The translations under genes were made by a program, and so were the position numbers. A stretch of 64,000 nucleotides of DNA from Bacilli bacterium (GTDB taxonomy: Bacteria; Bacillota_I; Bacilli_A; RFN20; CAG-826). Under the pieces are notes generated by a model, which did no database searches, had not been told where the DNA came from, and was given only the letters and a program-made list of their open reading frames with translations. The number at the start of each line of letters is the position of its first letter. The first letter of the stretch is position 1. The stretch spans positions 25,600 through 89,599 of the forward strand of contig JBAZED010000002.1 in assembly GCA_041654095.1 (NCBI GenBank). The letters are read 5' to 3'. Positions 59,038 to 64,000 of this stretch are shown piece after piece.

Positions 59038-59262
59038 ACTTTTTTGCAGATCGCTTCTTATATATCACTAAGGAGGAGCGCTGAAGGACAAAGCGATATA
59101 ACCCAGTCGCCGCGTTTTTACGCCGGATCGCACCAGCGGCCGGGCGCATTAATACTTTACTTTAGATATACTATATAATAAGATTGTTGTGCGATATTTT
59201 TTTATCGCATTCTCTCAGCTACCAGCAAATGGTAGCCGAATGACCAAAAGGGAGGTGTACTA
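59038..59262 (+). promoter_or_regulatory. rpsF-ssb-rpsR leader: AT-rich promoter-like segment plus two hairpins ahead of the SD (candidate S6:S18 autoregulatory leader)
   Basis: TATAAT at 59174-79. Hairpin tGTGCGATA-ttttt-TATCGCAt at 59189-59210. Hairpin GCTACCA-gcaaa-TGGTAGC at 59218-36. SD GGGAGG at 59251-56. Confidence 0.35.
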
Positions 59263-59550
59263 ATGAACAAGTACGAAATCATGTACATCTTGAAGGCCGA
59301 CCTCGAAGAGGCCGTCCGCAAAGATGAAATCTCCAAGCTTCACGCCATCTTGACTGATAAAGGCGCCGAAGTCACCGATGTTAAGGAATGGGGATTAAGA
59401 GATTTTGCCTATCCGATCAACGATTTAACGAAAGGCTATTATGTCGTCATCAAAGTGACGGCGGATCAACCAGCCTTGCTCGAATTCGGTCGTTTAGCCA
59501 GAATCGATGCCAATGTGCTCCGTCATCTGATCACGGTTGACGCAGACTGA
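59263..59550 (+). CDS. rpsF: 30S ribosomal protein S6
   Basis: 95 aa MNKYEIMYILKADLEEAVRKDEISKLHAIL.... Confidence 0.92.
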   Translation: MNKYEIMYILKADLEEAVRKDEISKLHAILTDKGAEVTDVKEWGLRDFAYPINDLTKGYYVVIKVTADQPALLEFGRLARIDANVLRHLITVDAD

Positions 59551-59568
59551 GGCAAGGAGGATTAACTG

Positions 59569-59994
59569 ATGATTAACAGAGTCGTTTTAGTCGGGCGCTT
59601 GACTCGCGATCCCGAACTCCGTAGGACTGCGAACGAAACAGCTGTCGCATCCTTCACAATCGCCGTCGACAATCGCGTCAAAGGACCAGATGGCCAAAAA
59701 ACCGCCAGCTTCATTCCTTGCACGGTGTGGGGCGCTTCGGCCGACAATACCGCCAAGTACACCCGCAAGGGTTCGTTGGTCGGAGTCGAAGGCCGTCTCA
59801 ACCAAAGGACATACGATCGTCGCGACGGAACAAAAGCCACTATCCTCGAAGTCATTTGTGACTCGGTTCAATTCCTGGAGCCAAAAGGCGAACCTCGCCA
59901 AGAGGAAGCGGGATTCACACCCGACCAACAACCAGCCGAAGATAGTAAAAATTTAGATGCCATCAACATTGTTGATGACGATCTGCCATTCTAG
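59569..59994 (+). CDS. ssb: single-stranded DNA-binding protein
   Basis: 141 aa. MINRVVLVGRLTRDPELRRT OB fold, and the acidic C-terminal tip DDDLPF. Confidence 0.92.
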   Translation: MINRVVLVGRLTRDPELRRTANETAVASFTIAVDNRVKGPDGQKTASFIPCTVWGASADNTAKYTRKGSLVGVEGRLNQRTYDRRDGTKATILEVICDSVQFLEPKGEPRQEEAGFTPDQQPAEDSKNLDAINIVDDDLPF

Positions 59995-60006
59995 AAAGGA
60001 CAAACA

Positions 60007-60234
60007 ATGGGTTATAAAAAGGTAAGACCTCGTAAAAAGGTTTGCTATTTTACAAAAAATAAAATCACGCACATCGATTACAAAGATGTCGAGCTTCTCT
60101 CGAGATTCATCACGCCAAACGGCAAAATATCGCCGCGCCGCTCAACCGGCACCGCGGCCAGATATCAAAGAGAACTCGCCAAAGCCATTAAAAACGCTCG
60201 TTACATGGCGCTTCTCCCCTTTGTGATTGACTAA
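60007..60234 (+). CDS. rpsR: 30S ribosomal protein S18
   Basis: 75 aa ...[33 protein letters not shown]. Confidence 0.92.
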   Translation: MGYKKVRPRKKVCYFTKNKITHIDYKDVELLSRFITPNGKISPRRSTGTAARYQRELAKAIKNARYMALLPFVID

Positions 60235-60320
60235 AAATTCGTTTAACAGAACAAATTAAATCTTCCTAAAAAAAACAATTAATTCCGTCCTGTTACATAC
60301 CAGCCTAATAACTTAAAAAT

Positions 60321-60355
60321 AGATCGATCGCTCACGCTGACCGATCTGTTTTTAT
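60321..60355 (+). terminator. intrinsic terminator downstream of rpsR (AGATCG ... CGATCT then TGTTTTT)
   Basis: Plus strand reads agatcgatcgctcacgctgaccgatctgtttttatt. Confidence 0.6.
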
Positions 60356-60604
60356 TACTCTCTTCCCAACCTGTAAAAAACCTATTAGATTATTAACTTA
60401 ATGATATCCAGCCAACGCTCTATCTAACCATATATATAAATGTCGAATGCTCAGCCTAATATCTATCTATCAACCAATCTTCCATTTTCTACGAAAAAAC
60501 CGATATTTCCTAGAAACCGTTAATTGATCGTTGCCTAGCGGTCGCTTGCGTTGTCTATGACAAGATGTGAATTGTGCCTAATTGAACTTCTGAGTGAATA
60601 TCCG

Positions 60605-62644
60605 TCAAATAATGGGTTTTTGTTTCTTTTTATCAGGGGAGAAATAGTAGAAAGCTAGCAAGGCGGCGACGCCCGCGACGGCGAGCCCGAAGATGACGTA
60701 TGAGCTGATCGCAAGCGGAGTTCCGACATACGAAACCATGATTTTTTTGTCGCCGTAGTTGACATTAAACCCCACGAGACCATCCACGTCAAAAGACGAT
60801 TCTTGTCTCTTGTTTCCTTCTTCGTCAACCACTTCGATTTGATAACCTGGATAGTAGATTAACGGCATTTGGATCAGCGATTCGTCCGCGACCGCGACCG
60901 TTAATTCGCAATTGGGGGTCAAACGGGCAGTGACCTCAATCGCGCAATCGCCGGACAGGACGACCGGATCAAGGGGGTACTCATCGACGAAGGGCATGCG
61001 CAGTCGCAAGCGGACAACTTCATATAAAGAATTAGCATATTCTGACACATATCCGCTTTGCACGAAGACTTGCGGAACATATTCTTTATTCCAGCCAATC
61101 GAGGCGTTATAGGCAAGATAATCGCCCATACCGTCATATATGACGGCCGTGCTTTCGCCATCATCGATCCTTTCGCGGAGCAATCGCTTTTCCGGCAGTG
61201 CCTGATTGGTGACGAGGCAAAAACCGATGGCGATCGCCGCGGCAATGGGAATCGCTTTCCGATGGTGAAATTTAGCGACTAACCATCCGATCATCCACGC
61301 GGCGAAAAACTGGATGAACGCCCACAAGCGCCACGGAAATTGGATCATGAGAAGAGGATCGGGCAAAATCATCCAGATCCATTTCTGCGTGATCAAGGCG
61401 AAGTTCAAAACGATGATGCCGATTAAAAACCAGAAATCGACTTCCTTGTAGATGGGGACACTTAATCTTTTATCATTCTTTTGTGTGGCGATGTAGTCAA
61501 TGAAGAAATAGAGTACCACCACGATCAAGGCCGCCATCATGACTTCAAGTCGATTGGAGAAAACCATCATCATCGCCAAATAGATCAGCGCGCTGATGGC
61601 GAAATGGAAGTATTTCAACCGCTTGAAATGTTGCAAGCCTTTGTCGGCGACGACGAAGAGAATACTGAATAGTGCAAAGCAAATGATCTGGGTCAATAAA
61701 ATGATCTGGCTCATCGTCAAAGGATAATTGCCGTTCATGTACGGGAAGTTCAAAAACCCTGAATAGTTGAAGGCCGTTTCGGTGCGGCCAATGACGAAGT
61801 CGAGGGTCGTCCACATTCGCGAACGATCTGAGATGACGTATAAGCCGGTGTCGAGGAGTTCGAAAGTCGTAAACAGCTGAATTGCCATCAGACCGACGAG
61901 GATGGCGAGCGAAATAAGCCCCGTTATCCAATAACGGCGTTTTCGGCAGAGAAGAACGACTTTCTTGGCATTAGCCAACAAATAAATGACACCGAAGATA
62001 AAACCGAACATGGCGGTTAGGTTGTGGCTGAGGAAAAGCGAGGCCCCGCCGATGATTGTCGCGATGAAGGGACCGACTTTGATTTCGTCATTGAAATTGA
62101 CCAAACCATATAGGCCCATAAAAAACAAAGGGAGGAAAGTCATTGCCAGCGCTTCCGCGAACGCCGCCCGGCATAGCGCGTCAAAGATACGGTACGGATA
62201 GATGATATATAACGACGCGGCTAATGTCGCGGCGGATTGTCTTCCCGTCACTTTTAAAACGAAACGGTACATGAAAACCCCGGAGACAAAGACGCTGATA
62301 AACATGACAACTTTGATGGCGGTGACAGCGTTTCCACCCAATCCATGAGTCACGAAATAAACCAAGGCCGACAGAAAATGGAATAAAGGCGAATAGAAGA
62401 GGCGGTTGCCGACGCCGAGATTCGATGCCAAGTACGTTGAAATGCGGGGGATGGAACCCTCATTAAGAAGTGAAAGATACTCGTCGCTGATATTGGCGAG
62501 ATGAAAATGGAGGTCGTCGCCGATGAGGACTCCCCCATAGAAATAGACGTAAAGGGCGATGAAGGAAAGACCGAGAAAAAGGATATAAGGGAATATTCTT
62601 AGCGCCGCCGCTTTAAAATAAAAAGGCTTAAGCACTTTATTCAT
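60605..62644 (-). CDS. YfhO-like GT-C family membrane glycosyltransferase
   Basis: 679 aa with about 13 TM helices. N-terminal motif YGGVLIGDDLHFHLANI recalls the YfhO GDDxxFHxxR loop. A C-terminal extracytoplasmic domain precedes a final TM helix. Confidence 0.65.
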   Translation of the reverse strand: MNKVLKPFYFKAAALRIFPYILFLGLSFIALYVYFYGGVLIGDDLHFHLANISDEYLSLLNEGSIPRISTYLASNLGVGNRLFYSPLFHFLSALVYFVTHGLGGNAVTAIKVVMFISVFVSGVFMYRFVLKVTGRQSAATLAASLYIIYPYRIFDALCRAAFAEALAMTFLPLFFMGLYGLVNFNDEIKVGPFIATIIGGASLFLSHNLTAMFGFIFGVIYLLANAKKVVLLCRKRRYWITGLISLAILVGLMAIQLFTTFELLDTGLYVISDRSRMWTTLDFVIGRTETAFNYSGFLNFPYMNGNYPLTMSQIILLTQIICFALFSILFVVADKGLQHFKRLKYFHFAISALIYLAMMMVFSNRLEVMMAALIVVVLYFFIDYIATQKNDKRLSVPIYKEVDFWFLIGIIVLNFALITQKWIWMILPDPLLMIQFPWRLWAFIQFFAAWMIGWLVAKFHHRKAIPIAAAIAIGFCLVTNQALPEKRLLRERIDDGESTAVIYDGMGDYLAYNASIGWNKEYVPQVFVQSGYVSEYANSLYEVVRLRLRMPFVDEYPLDPVVLSGDCAIEVTARLTPNCELTVAVADESLIQMPLIYYPGYQIEVVDEEGNKRQESSFDVDGLVGFNVNYGDKKIMVSYVGTPLAISSYVIFGLAVAGVAALLAFYYFSPDKKKQKPII

Positions 62645-62744
62645 ACTTTTTTAATTTTATCAATTATCCGTAGGAATTCAAAAATATATTCGATTATCAC
62701 GAAATATCTCCCCAAAAAGATTATTCCATTTCGGATTATTTCCC

Positions 62745-62873
62745 CGCGTGACGAAAATCGGAAGATCAAGGTGCCGAAATCGAACCGGTACCGCGGCCAG
62801 ATATCAAAGAGGACTCGCCGAAGCCATCAAAACGCTCATTATATGGCGCTTCCCCACTTTGCAATCGACTAAG
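62745..62873 (+). pseudogene. decayed duplicate of the rpsR 3' end (frameshifted fragment)
   Basis: Aligns to rpsR 60100-60234 at about 85% identity with a 22-bp perfect core (accgcggccagatatcaaagag, 60151-72 = 62790-811). A 1-nt deletion (aaaaacgct to aaaacgct) breaks the frame. No start codon. Confidence 0.7.
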
Positions 62874-63144
62874 AATTAGTATTTGTGCGACTCATTATCA
62901 AATATCACGTTTGAGGTAAAAAGTCGTACTATCTAAATCACATTGAAAACACATGAAAGCACCTTGCATAAATAGCAGGGCGTTTTTTACTTACCATAAA
63001 CTAGTATAAAGCCATCTAGATTAGACCATTTAGTGTTGCACAACAATTGTCACTGAACAGAAAGCTGGAGTGATACTAGTCTGTGCCTTGCTAGTTGTTT
63101 ATGCGGTTGCTCGGTAAAAACGGCCACCCCATAGTGGTTTCTTA

Positions 63145-63975
63145 TCATAAAGACCCCCATGTAATCGATTCCGATGCAACGTCGCCATTCCAATCGTCTG
63201 CCCAACCAGAGGGCTTTGAGGAAGCTTGGCATATTATCGAAAGCGCGGAACAGCCTTCGAACGCCTTTGATCCGACGGACGTTACCCAATGTGAAATAGT
63301 AATCGAAGTCAGAGAGGAACAATTGCTGAATGCTTTATACTGTATTTCCGTCACTGATTCCGGAATAGATATTGAGGCTAGCGCGGAACAGTCCGAAAAT
63401 GTAGTCCCCTTGATTCTTTCCACACGCGATGGGATGGTGATAGTAGTTAATTTGGAGCAATATCCGAATGCAAAATCCTCGATCATTGTCACTGATTCCG
63501 GAATGGCGATAGAAGTCATCGAAGAACAGTAAGAGAATGCACCGTATCCGATGCTTTGCACCGATGAAGGAATGGCGATCGAAGTGAGTGAGGCGCAGCC
63601 GGCAAATGAATAGTTGCCAATGCCATACAATGCCTCCGGGAATACTACGGATGTCATGCCATTAGGAACGCACTTTATGATGTTTCCGGCTTTATTTAAA
63701 ACGATTCCATTGGCGGAGGAGTAAACCGTGTTATTCGGGTCGACGGTAATAGAAGTCAATGAAGGGCATTCAAACATTGAATAATCCTCAATCGTTGTCA
63801 CTGATAATGGAATTTCAATTGATGTCAGCGAGTAGCAGCGATAGAACGCATGATAACAGATGCGCGTCACAGAAAGACCTCTATAAGTCGAAGGTATTAT
63901 GGCAGTGACCGCCGATTCATCACATCCCACGAGATAAGAGCTGGATTTTTTGGGCATGAAAGAAAATGAAAACAT
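63145..63975 (-). CDS. BspA-like leucine-rich-repeat (LRR_5) surface protein, probably partial at the window edge
   Basis: 276 aa. Tandem repeats of about 23 aa with consensus SLTSIxIPxSVTxIGxxAFxxCSxL. The sequence begins inside a repeat, so the true start likely lies beyond position 64000. Confidence 0.6.
   Translation of the reverse strand: MFSFSFMPKKSSSYLVGCDESAVTAIIPSTYRGLSVTRICYHAFYRCYSLTSIEIPLSVTTIEDYSMFECPSLTSITVDPNNTVYSSANGIVLNKAGNIIKCVPNGMTSVVFPEALYGIGNYSFAGCASLTSIAIPSSVQSIGYGAFSYCSSMTSIAIPESVTMIEDFAFGYCSKLTTITIPSRVERIKGTTFSDCSALASISIPESVTEIQYKAFSNCSSLTSITISHWVTSVGSKAFEGCSALSIICQASSKPSGWADDWNGDVASESITWGSL
63300..63900. repeat. tandem ~69-bp coding repeats (LRR units) within the BspA-like gene
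   Basis: Recurring nucleotide units such as gtcactgattccggaat(a/g)g..attga(g/a)g..agcg(a/c)ggaacag are visible at least four times. Confidence 0.5.
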
Positions 63976-64000
63976 TCTATTGTTCGCAAACGGATTGCTA

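Noticed and set aside
60235-60604. Small protein or RNA gene in the 370-bp AT-rich spacer after rpsR
   Set aside because: No ORF above ~30 codons with an SD. It contains only the rpsR terminator and low-complexity AT-rich sequence. It is better read as island flank/att region.

Overview
This window reads as the chromosomal replication-origin region of a low-GC Gram-positive (Firmicutes-type) genome using the standard genetic code. The core is rpmH-rnpA-yidC-jag-mnmE on the plus strand facing dnaA-dnaN-yaaA-recF-gyrB-gyrA on the minus strand. DnaA-box clusters (oriC) sit between rpmH and dnaA and again between dnaA and dnaN. Gene orientation is strongly co-directional with replication on both sides of about 30.0 kb.

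About 57 protein-coding genes are supported and packing is tight. They include aminoacyl-tRNA synthetases (metG, serS, lysS), tRNA modification genes (tadA, mnmE, tilS, dusB), rsmA, rnmV, ispE, glmU, ppdK, pth, mfd, ftsH, and rpsF-ssb-rpsR. No rRNA, tRNA or CRISPR arrays were seen. No T-box leaders were seen upstream of metG, serS or lysS; intergenic space is too short.

Accessory content includes:
- Two exported nucleases built as lipoproteins with Ser-rich stalks: an Endonuclease-I-like protein (1702-2610) and a barnase-family RNase (8690-9394) that sits directly behind tldD-pmbA with no barstar-like gene nearby.
- A 10-kb head-on block (38.8-48.6 kb) that interrupts the conserved glmU...pth-mfd array. 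It carries ppdK, a GT2 glycosyltransferase, a TetR-regulated heterodimeric ABC exporter, and a PAP2 phosphatase + DUF368 pair.
- Downstream of rpsR, a GT-C/YfhO-like membrane glycosyltransferase gene bracketed by the real rpsR 3' end and a decayed, frameshifted copy of it. The two copies share a 22-bp perfect core; this looks like an old site-specific insertion into the rpsR 3' end. A BspA-type leucine-rich-repeat surface protein with tandem coding repeats lies next to it at the window edge.

Several intrinsic terminators and a few promoters/operators are called from sequence. No complete mobile element, phage, toxin-antitoxin or recognisable defence system was found. All calls rest on reading the translations and sequence by eye; no database searches were run.
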